Assembly (NCBI GenBank): GCA_030612025.1
Contig: JAUWOR010000010.1
Span: forward strand, 7,109-71,108
Source: Dehalococcoidia bacterium
Lineage (GTDB): Bacteria > Chloroflexota > Dehalococcoidia > GIF9 > AB-539-J10
DNA: 64,000 nucleotides
Direction of reading: 5' to 3'
The position numbers and the translations under genes are program-made. How positions within the stretch are numbered: the stretch's first letter is position 1; each line of letters begins with the position of its first letter. The notes beneath the pieces are model-generated. The model searched no databases, was not told the DNA's origin, and was given only the letters and a program-made list of their open reading frames with translations. Shown piece by piece: positions 39,060 to 56,025 of this stretch.

Positions 39060-39884
39060 TTACAGACTTGAGCCACTTTCTATGATGGAAATTGTTTTAT
39101 TGTAATCCTCTTCCATGTTCTCAATAGCCTGCTGTAAAACTGGTTTTAGCTCTTCAGGGGCTTTGTCTAAGGCATTCCTTAATGCAGCTAAACTCTTTGC
39201 CCGACTTTGGCTTAGCACTATCTCCAATTCCTTAGCATCCCTTCCTTTACTATAAGCTTCTGCTCCTTCGGATGGAGCTGGAGCCAGCATTTTAGGCCCT
39301 TTTTCCTCAACCTCCGGCGGTTGCTCCATCACATACACCTTGTCCAAATGATTGGCAACTTGCTCGGTTAGCATAAAAATCTCATCAGATTTGCCCTGGC
39401 GAGCCATCTCAACCATCTCGCCTGCTCTACGCTCAGCAAATTGGATATGAAGCTTTGCCTTGTCTATATCAGAAAAAGCTAATGTCATCCTCACCTGCTC
39501 CCCAGCTAACTTGACAGGATAAAGAGACCTATCGGGCAAAGCATATGCTGAAGCAGCAAGTGTTCCCACTCCAATAAGCAGAAAACCTAGAATAGCAGTC
39601 ATAGCCAAAGCCCACCTCCTCTGCCAAATAGGAATCCTTGCTCTCCTTTCCGCTTTCTTCTGTTTGGCATAAAGCATTGCTTGAAGCTGAGAATGAACTC
39701 TTGCCTTAAACTCAGGGTCGGGTTGAATAGCAGAGGACCTTTGCATAAAAACAAGGCTAGTTTTAAGCAAAGGCTCTAGTTCAGATGTCTGCTCGGGATA
39801 AGCCTTGAGGCAATCCTCAATGCTTTCACCCTTAAATATGCGCTCCAAACAATTGTCGAGAATATCTTCCATCTTTCGAGTCAT
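39060..39884 (-). CDS. Putative anti-sigma factor (single TM, DUF5667-like)
   Basis: Immediately downstream of ECF sigma gene; one [22 protein letters not shown]. Confidence 0.45.
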   Translation of the reverse strand: MTRKMEDILDNCLERIFKGESIEDCLKAYPEQTSELEPLLKTSLVFMQRSSAIQPDPEFKARVHSQLQAMLYAKQKKAERRARIPIWQRRWALAMTAILGFLLIGVGTLAASAYALPDRSLYPVKLAGEQVRMTLAFSDIDKAKLHIQFAERRAGEMVEMARQGKSDEIFMLTEQVANHLDKVYVMEQPPEVEEKGPKMLAPAPSEGAEAYSKGRDAKELEIVLSQSRAKSLAALRNALDKAPEELKPVLQQAIENMEEDYNKTISIIESGSSL

Positions 39885-39886
39885 TT

Positions 39887-40426
39887 TTATTTATCCACCA
39901 AGAGCATTTTCCTTAACGCCGCTATGCCATTATATTGCAAAGCTTTCACTGTACCTTCGTTTTTCCCCAAAACTTTAGCTGCCTCTGCGACTGAAAGCTC
40001 ACTTCCAAAACGGAGTGAGATTACCTCCCGCTGAGCCGGAGATAATTTCTTTACATTGTTAATCAATTCCTCAATTTCAAGCTCCCGTTCAGCCATAAGC
40101 GCTGGATTTGACCCACTAACTAAGGTTATATCGTCCTCCAAAGCTACCTTTTCCACTCTACCTTGCTTTCTTAAATAATCTATTACCTGATTATGGGCAA
40201 TGCGAAATAGCCAAGCCACGAAAGGTAAATTCCGCCACTTGTAAGAGCCAATCGCCTCCAAAGCTTTAACAAATACCTCCTGAGTTAAATCCTCAGCTTC
40301 GGCTTGATTCCCCACTCTGAGGTAAACATAACGATAAATCCTATCGAAATGTTCCTCGTAAAGTTGAGCAAAGGCTTCACTCTCTCCCTTTACTGCTCGG
40401 GAAACTACATCTTTCTCAATAAACAT
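39887..40426 (-). CDS. ECF-type RNA polymerase sigma-70 family factor
   Basis: Region 2 ([25 protein letters not shown]) and region 4 ([13 protein letters not shown]...[15 protein letters not shown]); start ATG 40426 (ORF track 40498 probably too long). Confidence 0.8.
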   Translation of the reverse strand: MFIEKDVVSRAVKGESEAFAQLYEEHFDRIYRYVYLRVGNQAEAEDLTQEVFVKALEAIGSYKWRNLPFVAWLFRIAHNQVIDYLRKQGRVEKVALEDDITLVSGSNPALMAERELEIEELINNVKKLSPAQREVISLRFGSELSVAEAAKVLGKNEGTVKALQYNGIAALRKMLLVDK

Positions 40427-40596
40427 CAGTCTGATGTCTATTATATAGGAAAACGAAAAGAGGGGGAAAAAGTTTATAGTCAGTGCAAAAGCAGCCAAGC
40501 GTTGAATTCACAGCAAGGAAAAATACGGGGAATTTATACTAAACCTTACAAGTTTTGTCATAGAAACTGGCTTCTCTTTATCTCAGCAATATCACA

Positions 40597-40732
40597 TTTC
40601 TATGTCATTGCGAGGGACGAAGTCCCGAATCAATCTTGTAGGGTTGGGGCTTGTCCCCAACCGCTAAGGCGGGGATAAATCCCGCCACTACAAAGTGGGA
40701 TTGCCCCGCCTTCGGCTCGCAATGACAAGGAA
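40597..40732. repeat. Nested repeat: family E/F double-hairpin element (40638..40691, inverted) inserted inside a family D palindrome (arms 40597..40627 and 40699..40732)
   Basis: TGTCATTGCGAGGGACGAAG...[GTAGGGTTGGGGCTTGTCCCCAACC..GGCGGGGATAAATCCCGCCACTAC]...CCTTCGGCTCGCAATGACA. Confidence 0.65.
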
Positions 40733-40807
40733 CGAAGAATTGGAGAAACAAGCCTTTACATTAACGACGCTAAGAAGCTGGCTGGAGTTCAAAAAGGGCA
40801 ACGAAGC

Positions 40808-41242
40808 CTAAGAAGCTTTGCTAGCTTGCCTCTCAGCCCAGTTACCCACCCAGGGCAGTTTCCACATCTTGCCTGTCCCCGCTTGAATCATCAAGACAAT
40901 CCATAAAACAAGGCCCAGAATTCCAATAATCCAGCCAAAAACCAAACCAATGATGGGAATCCAGCCCAAGACCAAGCTTGCTACGGTCAATACGCCAAAG
41001 GTCATGATGGATTGCCAGGCGTGGAATTTGACGAACTTGTTCCTTTTTTCAATCACCAGGAAAACTATTCCTGAAATCCAACCGAGAACATAACACAGAA
41101 GCCCTGCTACATTGGCTGACAGCCCGACGCTGGTCTCAGAGGATTTGCCGGATGATTGAACAGAAACACCAAGTTCTGCACCGCACTTGGAGCAAAACTT
41201 AGTCCCTTCGGGATTTTCAGTGCCGCATTTGGGACAAAACAT
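40808..41242 (-). CDS. Zinc-ribbon domain membrane protein
   Basis: MFCPKCGTENPEGTKFCSKCG followed by 3 TM helices. Confidence 0.55.
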   Translation of the reverse strand: MFCPKCGTENPEGTKFCSKCGAELGVSVQSSGKSSETSVGLSANVAGLLCYVLGWISGIVFLVIEKRNKFVKFHAWQSIMTFGVLTVASLVLGWIPIIGLVFGWIIGILGLVLWIVLMIQAGTGKMWKLPWVGNWAERQASKAS

Positions 41243-41291
41243 ATCTCACCTCCTATATCCAAGTATAGCACATATCACAGTTTTGCATACC

Positions 41292-42350
<1,059 letters not shown>

Positions 42351-42403
42351 TCAAAAGTAGATTTGCCTCATCCAGTTTTAATGCCCATTCACCCAGGATT
42401 CTC

Positions 42404-42451
42404 GTAGTGCGACCCTTTAGGGTCGTGCACGAGGCTAAAGCCTCGTGCAAC
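42404..42451 (+). repeat. REP family B element (3' end degenerate)
   Basis: GTAGTGCGACCCTTTAGGGTCGTGCACGAGGCTAAAGCCTCGTGCAAC. Confidence 0.75.
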
Positions 42452-42469
42452 ATTTTTAAACACCCTTAT

Positions 42470-45257
<2,788 letters not shown>

Positions 45258-45305
45258 TTTTCAACTCACAAATTATACCATACTATCAACTAGAGCCTTG
45301 ATTCG

Positions 45306-45884
45306 CTAATTGAACCTGCTCATCGCCACTTCCATCCCTTGATTAAGGAAACAATCAATAGCTTCAGCTACACTAGCAATTACTGGCTTGATTAGTTCTT
45401 CCTCTTGAGGAGTAAAGTCGCTGAGCACATAACTGACTATAACATCTTCACCAGTATTAGATAATCCCTCCACTTGAGGATGCCCAATGCCTACCCTGAG
45501 CCGAGGAAATTCCTCGCTTTTCAGGACAGAAATGATAGATTTCATCCCCTTATGCCCACCCGAACCACCACCGGGACGCAGGCGAATCTTGCCCAGAGGC
45601 AAATCGAGGTCATCATGAATTACTAAAAGGTCACCTAGAGGAACATTATGCTTATTCACCAAGCAGCCTACTGCCTTGCCGCTAAGGTTGACAAATGTTC
45701 TTGGCTTGGCAAGCAGCAGTTTCTCGCCTCCTAATTCGCCGGTGCCTATCCTAGCCTGGCACTGCCTGCGGTCAAAACGAATAGAATGAAGCTTGGCAAA
45801 ATAATTTAGGCAGTGAAAGCCGACATTATGGCGATTATGAGCATAAGCCTTGCCAGGATTGCCCAAGCCAACAACGAGTTTCAT
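45306..45884 (-). CDS. pth: Peptidyl-tRNA hydrolase
   Basis: MKLVVGLGNPG...HNRHNVGF. Confidence 0.9.
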   Translation of the reverse strand: MKLVVGLGNPGKAYAHNRHNVGFHCLNYFAKLHSIRFDRRQCQARIGTGELGGEKLLLAKPRTFVNLSGKAVGCLVNKHNVPLGDLLVIHDDLDLPLGKIRLRPGGGSGGHKGMKSIISVLKSEEFPRLRVGIGHPQVEGLSNTGEDVIVSYVLSDFTPQEEELIKPVIASVAEAIDCFLNQGMEVAMSRFN

Positions 45885-45949
45885 TGAATTTAGATTGCCT
45901 ATAGGGCACTGCTTAGTTTGCCCATCAAGCTTAGTCAGTCACTTGCTTC

Positions 45950-46168
45950 TTAAAAGGAAAGAACTTCTACTTGGCAAGCTCGTTTTTTAGCCTCGTTTAC
46001 GATTTCTTCAAGAACTTGGGCTGTTTGGGCATCAATCCATTCCTCTCCGCATTGGGAGCAAATCTGAGCGGGTACATCACGCACCACTACAACTCCACCC
46101 CTTAAATCTACACTATAGATGGTTTTGCCTAGCTTTTTTTCTCCCCCACACAGTGGACAATTAGCCAT
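45950..46168 (-). CDS. YgiT-type zinc-finger protein (putative antitoxin)
   Basis: CPLCGG...CSQCGE; start ATG 46168 one nt after partner's TAA with GAGGAGG RBS. Confidence 0.6.
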   Translation of the reverse strand: MANCPLCGGEKKLGKTIYSVDLRGGVVVVRDVPAQICSQCGEEWIDAQTAQVLEEIVNEAKKRACQVEVLSF

Positions 46169-46169
46169 A

Positions 46170-46484
46170 TTATCGCCTCCTCGTCTTAAAATCAGGCTCA
46201 AATTTATCCAAACTTGGCTCGTAAGCAGTAATAATATACGCTATCTCTAAGGTTTCATCAAAACTTACAACCACGTGATAAGGTTTATCCTCCACGTATC
46301 CCAAGATAAGGCAGCTAGGAAAGGGGGCATTATGAGGGTAATCTTCGATGATTTCTCCCTTCATGATTACCCCGATGATTGTATCTTGAGAGATGTCCCT
46401 TTCAGCAAGTCGAGCAAGTATGTGTTTCCTCCACTCAAACCTGCCAGACTTTACTGCCTCCCTCAATTTCGGTAAGTCCATCAT
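46170..46484 (-). CDS. DUF4258-family protein (putative toxin partner of YgiT zinc finger)
   Basis: 104 aa; gene pair architecture typical of DUF4258/YgiT cassettes. Confidence 0.5.
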   Translation of the reverse strand: MMDLPKLREAVKSGRFEWRKHILARLAERDISQDTIIGVIMKGEIIEDYPHNAPFPSCLILGYVEDKPYHVVVSFDETLEIAYIITAYEPSLDKFEPDFKTRRR

Positions 46485-46631
46485 GTGCTTTTGCTAATTT
46501 AGGCAGTGAAAGCCAACATTATGGCGATTACGCGCATAAATCCCGCCGAGATTACCCAACAATAAGTTTCATTAGTATATACCTTATTTCATGATATATT
46601 ATAGACTAAAAGAAGATATGTTTTATTCTTA

Positions 46632-47147
46632 TTGGGAAGATGGATGAAAGAATATAACTACTGCCCAATTTGTGGAACTCCTCTTCAAGCAGGAATGCTT
46701 GAAGGAAGGGAGAGAAAATATTGCCCTAAATGTGATTTTATTGATTACAAAAATCCTTTGCCAGTGGCATTAGCGGTTGCAGTAAAAGATAAGAAGTTTC
46801 TATTGATTAGAAGAGGGTTACCACCAAGAAAAGGAATGTGGGGGTCTCCTTCAGGTTTTATCGAAAGTGGAGAAACGCCAGAAGAAGCTTGTCTGAGAGA
46901 GCTAAAAGAAGAGACTGGAATATCCGGGAAGATAGTAAAATTAATCGGAGCAGTCAGACGGGAAGACAAGGAGGTTTATGGAGATATGCTGGTAGTGAAA
47001 TATCTAGTTAAGGCAAATGGTGGAAAATTAACCCCTGGAGAAGAAGTAGAGGATGCGAGATTCTTTGATATAGCTGAATTGCCTGTTTATTATGTCAACC
47101 TATTTAAAGATGTCATCGAAGAGATTCAAAATGAGGAAGTATTTTGA
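46632..47147 (+). CDS. NUDIX hydrolase with N-terminal zinc ribbon
   Basis: CPICG..C..C then Nudix box [22 protein letters not shown]. Confidence 0.8.
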   Translation: MGRWMKEYNYCPICGTPLQAGMLEGRERKYCPKCDFIDYKNPLPVALAVAVKDKKFLLIRRGLPPRKGMWGSPSGFIESGETPEEACLRELKEETGISGKIVKLIGAVRREDKEVYGDMLVVKYLVKANGGKLTPGEEVEDARFFDIAELPVYYVNLFKDVIEEIQNEEVF

Positions 47148-47309
47148 TTTAGCAATTTTATAAACTCAGCCTCGCTGAGTGTCTTTATCCCCAATTTTTG
47201 CGCCTTAGCTAATTTGGAGCCAGGGTCGGCGCCGACTGCCAAATAAGATGTCTTGCTGCTAACATCTGAGCCTGCCCTGCGCAATTTCTCAATAATGCGT
47301 TTGTTTCCT
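47148..47309 (-). pseudogene. Relic copy of ligA 3' end (BRCT C-terminus) with internal deletion
   Basis: ~80% nt identity to 48186..48335; translates [55 protein letters not shown] versus LigA ..[12 protein letters not shown][~48 aa][44 protein letters not shown]; no start codon. Confidence 0.7.
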
Positions 47310-47414
47310 TATGCTTGTAAGCGAAGTGGGGAAATTATTGCTATGTCAATGGGTTACCTTTTTGGTGGGCCTCTTCTAATCATCGGCGGGATATCAGCAC
47401 TCTTAGCTAAATAA

Positions 47415-47999
47415 TCACTCTAGTGCGAGGAAATGTTCCTTTGCGCCACGGAAACCAGTTGACCACCTTAGCACCAGATAGGAGTCATCCGTATCTACTG
47501 TGCGAACAATGGTTCCCGTTACACTATCACCGCCATACAACTCACCACTGCGCAGGGCCTCCCCTTCGTATAGGTCGTACACGATATCGGTCTGCCAATC
47601 GTCATAGACCTTCCCCCTGTCACCTACCACAGCAAAGTTAATGGTGTTGTACCCTTGGCTTTTTTCAGGTGCTCCAACGTTCCTGATTTGGAGGCTTACA
47701 ATTGCAAAGCTGCCCCCGGCTTCAGCTTGTGCCGACAGATAACCCTCGCTACGTTCGAAGTCCAGAACCTTTACTTCCAAGTCGTCATAGCGGTAAGACT
47801 GGCCTAATGGCACAGGATTACTACGGCTCATGCCTATTTTAGCCTCTTCTTGCGGAGTTTCTGTTTGTGGAGTTTCTGCAGGTGTTCCTGGCCCAGAAAG
47901 ACAAGCACTGAGGATAAAAAGCACAAGACTACACTCAGCAACAATTCCCCAAATCCGCAGCCGCCTTTTTCTTGCAAATTTGACTATGAGCATTATCAC
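47415..47999 (-). CDS. DUF4352-like lipoprotein
   Basis: Lipobox LSAC, Pro/Thr/Glu-rich linker, beta-rich domain; located between ligA and its relic 3' copy. Confidence 0.55.
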   Translation of the reverse strand: MIMLIVKFARKRRLRIWGIVAECSLVLFILSACLSGPGTPAETPQTETPQEEAKIGMSRSNPVPLGQSYRYDDLEVKVLDFERSEGYLSAQAEAGGSFAIVSLQIRNVGAPEKSQGYNTINFAVVGDRGKVYDDWQTDIVYDLYEGEALRSGELYGGDSVTGTIVRTVDTDDSYLVLRWSTGFRGAKEHFLALE

Positions 48000-48185
48000 G
48001 CCAACAGCGAAGACTATAAATCTAATGATTCCTCAAGCTACCATGCTTTTCTTCAGGGAGATTTTAGCATAAAGTGGCAAAATCCTAGCAGTGCTGCAAG
48101 AATAAAGCTATATATAGAGAGACTACTATCTTACACCCCACTATGGTCAAATATGCTTTATTAAAAATCAAATCTCTTGATTCCA

Positions 48186-50603
<2,418 letters not shown>

Positions 50604-50684
50604 CTAAAATAGGCAGACAGAAATGCCGTTTACCGAACGCAGACTTGAAAAGCAAGCTATAGGCATTGCCAAGGAAAGTTTTAG

Positions 50685-51407
50685 TTAATTCTTTTGCCCG
50701 AACGGGCAGATATAAACGCACATACCACAGGCGCGCACACCAATAGTCTGCTCTTGGTCGCTAACATAGCGATCACATGCTTCAGCAGCAAATATCTCGC
50801 TCCTTGGTCGGGGCCCATCAAAAGCCTGTCCGGTAAAAGCATGCACGGGACAAGCTTCCACGCATGCGCGGCAGTCCTTGCACATCTCATCCATAGGCAT
50901 TCCAGCTTCCAACGGAGCATCTGTGAGCACCGTACCCCACCTCACACGGGGGCCGTGTTTTGGTGTAATGAGCAAAGCACTCTTGCCAATCCAACCCAGT
51001 CCAGCTAAATGAGCTGCTAATTTGTGGGAGAACACACCAGCAAGTTCAGCTTTGCCCACTCTCTGAGACGACGGGATAATGAAAGCCTGAAAACCAGCTT
51101 TATCTAGGGATTGAGCTAACATCAAAGAAATCGAGTCTATGCGAGGATTTACAGCTTGATGTGTGTGATACCGATAAGTATATAGGGCAGCAACATTGTT
51201 ATGAGAGCCCAGCGCATTTACAATGCTATCCATAAGAATGAAGCCATGGGAAACAGCTCGCGGAAACCGAGTTAGAAATTCTCCCCCCTGCTCTGAAATG
51301 CTCTGCCTGGCAGGAGTAAGGTCAGCTATGCCGAAGTAAGTTGCCCCCATGCTCTCAGCCAAAGATTCTAGCCTGCCTTTAAGATTTACCTTATCCCTAT
51401 CTCGCAC
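50685..51407 (-). CDS. QueG-like epoxyqueuosine reductase family protein (DUF1730 + two 4Fe-4S motifs), short form
   Basis: CKDCRACVEACP and CGMCVYICP ferredoxin motifs after a QueG-like N-domain. Confidence 0.5.
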   Translation of the reverse strand: MRDRDKVNLKGRLESLAESMGATYFGIADLTPARQSISEQGGEFLTRFPRAVSHGFILMDSIVNALGSHNNVAALYTYRYHTHQAVNPRIDSISLMLAQSLDKAGFQAFIIPSSQRVGKAELAGVFSHKLAAHLAGLGWIGKSALLITPKHGPRVRWGTVLTDAPLEAGMPMDEMCKDCRACVEACPVHAFTGQAFDGPRPRSEIFAAEACDRYVSDQEQTIGVRACGMCVYICPFGQKN

Positions 51408-51492
51408 AGCTAACTCCTATCTATAAGTATAGCACAGCAAAGCTATCCAACCCAATTTACTCCCAGCCAATGCCCAAACTACTAACTCTGAG

Positions 51493-51553
51493 AGCATTTC
51501 TTTTGTCACCCTGAGCGATAGCGAAGGGTCTAGATTCTTCGCTTTGCTCAGAA
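51493..51553. repeat. Family D palindromic repeat
   Basis: TTGTCACCCTGAGCGATAGCGAAGGGTCTAGATTCTTCGCTTTGCTCAGAATGACAGG. Confidence 0.6.
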
Positions 51554-51634
51554 TGACAGGAGGGGGGTTGCTAAATGAACTACTAAATCCACTGATATTT
51601 GCTATAATCAAAGCAGCTACGCAGAAATGAAATT

Positions 51635-52123
51635 ATGAATGAAATAAAGTACAAGCCAATCGGAGTTATCCATTCTCCGTTCAAAGAACCCAAAGGAACA
51701 CCTATACAGCCTGCGGGTGGCAAGGGTATCAATGGAACAGTTGAGGTATTCTCGGAATATACTGAAGGCTTAAAAGATGCTGAAGGCTTTTCTCACATTA
51801 TTTTGATATACCACTTTCATTTATCCAAAGGATTTTCCTTAAAAGTAAAGCCGTATATGGATAACGAAGCGCATGGAGTCTTTGCCATGCGAGGTCCAAG
51901 TAGACCAAACCCAATTGGCATCTCGGTAGTGCGTCTTGTCAGGATTGAAGAGAATATACTCCATATTCAAGATGTAGACATCGTAGACGGAACTCCCCTT
52001 CTGGATATCAAGCCTTATGTGCCAGAATTCGACATAAGAAAAGTAGAGAAAATAGGATGGCTGGAGAAAAACGTGCATAAACTTTCAACCTCAAAAGATG
52101 ACGGAAGGTTCACGATATGTTAG
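51635..52123 (+). CDS. tsaA: TsaA/YaeB-family tRNA methyltransferase (TrmO)
   Basis: IGVIHSPF..RPNPIGISVV..IVDGTPLLDIKPY. Confidence 0.8.
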   Translation: MNEIKYKPIGVIHSPFKEPKGTPIQPAGGKGINGTVEVFSEYTEGLKDAEGFSHIILIYHFHLSKGFSLKVKPYMDNEAHGVFAMRGPSRPNPIGISVVRLVRIEENILHIQDVDIVDGTPLLDIKPYVPEFDIRKVEKIGWLEKNVHKLSTSKDDGRFTIC

Positions 52124-52157
52124 GCAATATCAGCATTATTTTAAGGAGGGTGCAAAC

Positions 52158-52730
52158 ATGGCTATGAAACCAGTGGTAATTAAGTTCTTCGCCCCTGTCA
52201 TAGATGCTACAGTCAACGCTCTTATGAATGCTATTGACCAGAAAATGAAGCAAGGGATAAGAGATTTCATCATCCTTATCTCCTCACCTGGTGGCTCTGT
52301 TATTCACGGTTTGAGCACATACAATTATTTGAAGGGGTTGCCAGCCACGATAACTACACACAACTTCGGTAGCGTAGACTCAATAGGCATCGTCCTATAT
52401 TGTGCCGGCTCAAGGAGGCTGTCAGTGCCCCAAGCGAGATTCTTGCTTCACGGTGTTAACGCCCAATTTAAGGGAAACCAGAACTTGGAAGAAAAGCAGC
52501 TAGAAGAAAGATTAAAGGGATTGAGGATTGATATCGAGAACATAGCGAAAGTAATTGCGGCAAACACGGGTAAAAGCGTAAAGGATGTGACGAATGCCAT
52601 GCTTGAAAGGACAACTCTGAACCCAGAGGAAGCGCAATCCTGGGGTTTAGTGCATGAAATCAAGTCACAGCTATTTGAGGCGGGAAGCGAAGTGATCTCC
52701 ATACAATTTCAGCAACCGCAAAAACCATGA
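52158..52730 (+). CDS. ClpP-class serine peptidase-like protein (TepA/SDH family)
   Basis: ISSPGGSVIHGLSTYNYL and HNFGSVDSIG blocks; GGAGGG RBS before ATG 52158. Confidence 0.5.
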   Translation: MAMKPVVIKFFAPVIDATVNALMNAIDQKMKQGIRDFIILISSPGGSVIHGLSTYNYLKGLPATITTHNFGSVDSIGIVLYCAGSRRLSVPQARFLLHGVNAQFKGNQNLEEKQLEERLKGLRIDIENIAKVIAANTGKSVKDVTNAMLERTTLNPEEAQSWGLVHEIKSQLFEAGSEVISIQFQQPQKP

Positions 52731-52781
52731 CATTGCCTATAAGCATGGTTAACCAAATATGGGGCTCATAAGGAGAAGGGT

Positions 52782-53957
52782 ATGGTAAAACACATTTTTA
52801 GAGGGCTGGCTGCCATTTTTATAGTCACATTGTTAATGATATTCACTGTAGTGCCAGTTTTAGCATTTGATGCTCGCAGTGGAGCGACGGTGACCGTCGC
52901 TAGTGGAGAGACAGTGGACGATGACCTTTATGTAGGCGCCAACACTGTTATCGTTGACGGCACCATTGCGGGCGACCTCTGGGCTGCCGGTAACGCTATT
53001 ATCGTCAATGGCACAGTTAAAGGCAGTGTCATGGCTGCTGGCAGGACAGTTAACATCAATGGCGATGTTGGTCACGCTGTGCGAGCAGGAGGCGAAACTA
53101 TCATCATTAATGGCGATGTTAGCGGCGATGTAATAGTTGGTGGTAGCCAGGTGAATATAGCCAGTACAGCCAAAATTGGTGGTGACCTCCTTTTCGGCGC
53201 TGGAATTGCACGCATTGATGGACTTATTGAGGGTGACATCAAGGGTGGAGGAAGCGAGGTCACCATAAGCAACGGGGTAAAGGGAAACGTTGCTCTCAAA
53301 GTTGAGAGCCTGACAATATTGCCTACGGCAAATATCCAAGGCGACCTAACCTACACCTGTGAAGAAGAAGCTGACATCCAATCCGGTGCCCAAATTGGTG
53401 GCATGACCACTCATAACCTGCCCGAAGTAAAGGAAAAACGAGCTAAACCCTTCCCCTTCGTCCTTTTCTCTGGCATAGGAGGCAAGGTAACAGGCTTCAT
53501 AATGGCTTTGATAGCAGGGCTAGTTATCATTCTCCTTGCCCCAAGACGATTGACATCTATCGCCGAGTCTATCCGCACCAGGCTCGGGGCCAGCGCCGGC
53601 TGGGGAGCTCTTATCCTGTTTGTTACTCCTATCGCCGCTATAATAGTGTGCATCACAATTATAGGTATACCCGTGGGGCTAATTGCTCTAGCTCTCTGGG
53701 GGATAGCTATTTACCTGGCCCAAATCCCTGTGGGCTTATTTGTCGGGCGGTGGATTATTGGCCACTTCAGGGGGGTGGAGGGCAAAGCCATCATGGTCGG
53801 AGCCCTAGCTTTGGGACTTGTCATCCTTAGGCTCTTGAGGCTAATCCCCTACTTAGGCTTCTTCATTGGACTGGCTGTCATCCTCTTTGGCTTGGGAGCA
53901 GTAGTAGTCTCAGAAAGGGCGCGACGAGCCAGGGCCCGGGAGGCAGAGTCAACCTAG
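52782..53957 (+). CDS. Membrane protein with bactofilin-like beta-helical repeats (polymer-forming cytoskeletal-type domain) and C-terminal 4-TM bundle
   Basis: Signal/TM then reiterated ..DGxIxGDLxAAGNAIIVNGTVKGSV.. units then hydrophobic C-terminus. Confidence 0.45.
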   Translation: MVKHIFRGLAAIFIVTLLMIFTVVPVLAFDARSGATVTVASGETVDDDLYVGANTVIVDGTIAGDLWAAGNAIIVNGTVKGSVMAAGRTVNINGDVGHAVRAGGETIIINGDVSGDVIVGGSQVNIASTAKIGGDLLFGAGIARIDGLIEGDIKGGGSEVTISNGVKGNVALKVESLTILPTANIQGDLTYTCEEEADIQSGAQIGGMTTHNLPEVKEKRAKPFPFVLFSGIGGKVTGFIMALIAGLVIILLAPRRLTSIAESIRTRLGASAGWGALILFVTPIAAIIVCITIIGIPVGLIALALWGIAIYLAQIPVGLFVGRWIIGHFRGVEGKAIMVGALALGLVILRLLRLIPYLGFFIGLAVILFGLGAVVVSERARRARAREAEST

Positions 53958-54058
53958 TTACAATGGAAACTGAATGAAGAAATCGAAACTGGCAGTAGCT
54001 TATTCGGGTAGATAGAAGGTGACCACTTGGTTAGGATGGCCAGAATCCACACATCGCA

Positions 54059-54529
54059 ATGACCAAAAAGCTAAATAAACATCCACCACCAAACATGGCT
54101 AACTTGATAGTTAAACCAGTTGAGACTTCACAAGAATTAAGTGACGCCCAGGAAGTAAGACGCCAAGTCTTTACCGAAGAACAAGGAATAAAACGAGAGG
54201 TGGACATTAATGGGCTGGACCAGAATTCAGACCATATTATTGCCTATGATAAGAACGTTCCAGTTGGAACTGCCAGAATCAGGTACAAAAATGGTATCCA
54301 GGCGAAGCTTGAGAGGATTGCTGTGTTAAAGCCCTATCGCGGCCAAGGAATCGGTAAAAGAATAATCGCAGCATCCCTGGGATTGGCTAAGACAAAAGGG
54401 GCATTAGAAGTAATATTGGATTCGCAGCAGTACGCCGCCGGGTTTTATGAAAAGCTCGGCTTCCGACAAGAAGGAGAGCCATTTGAAGAAGTGGGAATTC
54501 CACATATAGCAATGACCAAAAAACTGTAA
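54059..54529 (+). CDS. GNAT family N-acetyltransferase
   Basis: RGQGIGKRIIAASL acetyl-CoA motif. Confidence 0.75.
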   Translation: MTKKLNKHPPPNMANLIVKPVETSQELSDAQEVRRQVFTEEQGIKREVDINGLDQNSDHIIAYDKNVPVGTARIRYKNGIQAKLERIAVLKPYRGQGIGKRIIAASLGLAKTKGALEVILDSQQYAAGFYEKLGFRQEGEPFEEVGIPHIAMTKKL

Positions 54530-54538
54530 AAAACAAGA

Positions 54539-55024
54539 ATGATTCGCAGTCTATCGCCCTCGGACTTCGACGCTATCCTAAAGGTCATAAACGACGCCGC
54601 ACAGGCTTACAAAGGTGTAATTCCGAGTGATAGGTGGAAGGAACCTTATATGTCAGCCGAGGAACTAAAAGAGGGAATTGAAGCTGGTGTTAGATTCTTC
54701 GGATGGATAGAAGATGACCGTTTGCTTGGAGTAGCAGGAATCCAACCTATTAAAGATACTACGCTGATCAGGCATACCTATGTAGCTACAAAATGCCAGA
54801 GAAAAGGGATTGGCAGCAGGTTACTTGAACACCTGATAGGCTTAGCCGAGACTCCTGAAATCCTGGTGGGAACCTGGGCCGATGCCACCTGGGCAATCCA
54901 ATTTTATGAGAAACACAGCTTCAAGCTAGTACCACTCGAGGAAAAGGATAGACTCCTGCGAACATATTGGAACATTCCTGACAGGCAGGTTGAAACCTCA
55001 GTCGTGCTAAAGTGTACCAAGTAA
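54539..55024 (+). CDS. GNAT family N-acetyltransferase
   Basis: QRKGIGSRLLEHLI motif. Confidence 0.75.
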   Translation: MIRSLSPSDFDAILKVINDAAQAYKGVIPSDRWKEPYMSAEELKEGIEAGVRFFGWIEDDRLLGVAGIQPIKDTTLIRHTYVATKCQRKGIGSRLLEHLIGLAETPEILVGTWADATWAIQFYEKHSFKLVPLEEKDRLLRTYWNIPDRQVETSVVLKCTK

Positions 55025-55140
55025 ACTATAGCCTTGAGCTAACGTTGTCCAACACTGAGCAACCTGCCCGCTGCTTTCTCCTTTACCAAATGTGTCATGC
55101 CTTGTATAATCGCAGCAAGTTTACGAAAAGGAGTATAAAT

Positions 55141-55917
55141 ATGAGGATCGCAACTGGAACGGTTGGCTATCTTGGCTACAGCGATCCGAGTAAAAATGGG
55201 ATGCTTCTCGCTCTCTATCGCCGTATATTGGATCGCAGTTCTCTCTACAGAGTAGACCTTGTCTGCCTCCCCGGAGGCTATCTACAGGTCAAAGACGATA
55301 CCCAGAAGGATGAACTAGCTGCGATCTTAGTGGCTGAGGCAAAGAAACGGAACATCGCTGTGGCAGTCGGTATAGACCTTTCAGCCAAGAGGCAGCCGCC
55401 ATGGGATCATAATTATGAGAACATCCTCATCCGACATTATTCTCTCCCTTTGTTTGCCATTTGCTGGACTCCTAAGCAGGACAATGTATCAAATTGCTGG
55501 CGAGAGAGATCAACTAGGCACGATAACGCTTCTTTAGTCCCAGCCCATGCTCTTTCTGAAGAACGGCGTCTTCCAGTTCAGGATGGATGGGTTGAGATTC
55601 TAATGTGCGGTGAGATTTTCAATCAGAGCATCCGCAGCCATATTGTCCGACACAAGGAAAATTTGAATGCTGCCATCGTTCTTGGCCACGAATCGCGGGG
55701 ATTCCGTGTGTGGAATGGCATGAAGATACTATCAAAGGAAGGATTGATAACTCTTTGTTCCGTCCACACGGAAAGGAAGGGGGGCATGAAATTCCGGTAC
55801 GATCCTGGCGGCGTATGTCGGTCCACTCAAGATGCCGATATTGTACTTAATGCCGATCTGCCGGCTAAGTTGTCTAGGACTGAGCCAAGGGTTGAGTTGA
55901 AAATTTGGGATGTTTGA
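55141..55917 (+). CDS. Hypothetical protein (possibly CN-hydrolase-like fold)
   Basis: AAGGAG RBS before ATG 55141; no confident family assignment. Confidence 0.3.
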   Translation: MRIATGTVGYLGYSDPSKNGMLLALYRRILDRSSLYRVDLVCLPGGYLQVKDDTQKDELAAILVAEAKKRNIAVAVGIDLSAKRQPPWDHNYENILIRHYSLPLFAICWTPKQDNVSNCWRERSTRHDNASLVPAHALSEERRLPVQDGWVEILMCGEIFNQSIRSHIVRHKENLNAAIVLGHESRGFRVWNGMKILSKEGLITLCSVHTERKGGMKFRYDPGGVCRSTQDADIVLNADLPAKLSRTEPRVELKIWDV

Positions 55918-56025
55918 GATCTACCTTCGTAGCAGCAATATGCCGAATTCTGTTGAAGAGCTCAGGAATGACGCGAGGATGGCCTTGCAGGAAGAGCAGC
56001 AGACTTCTGAGAAAGGAGCTGATAG

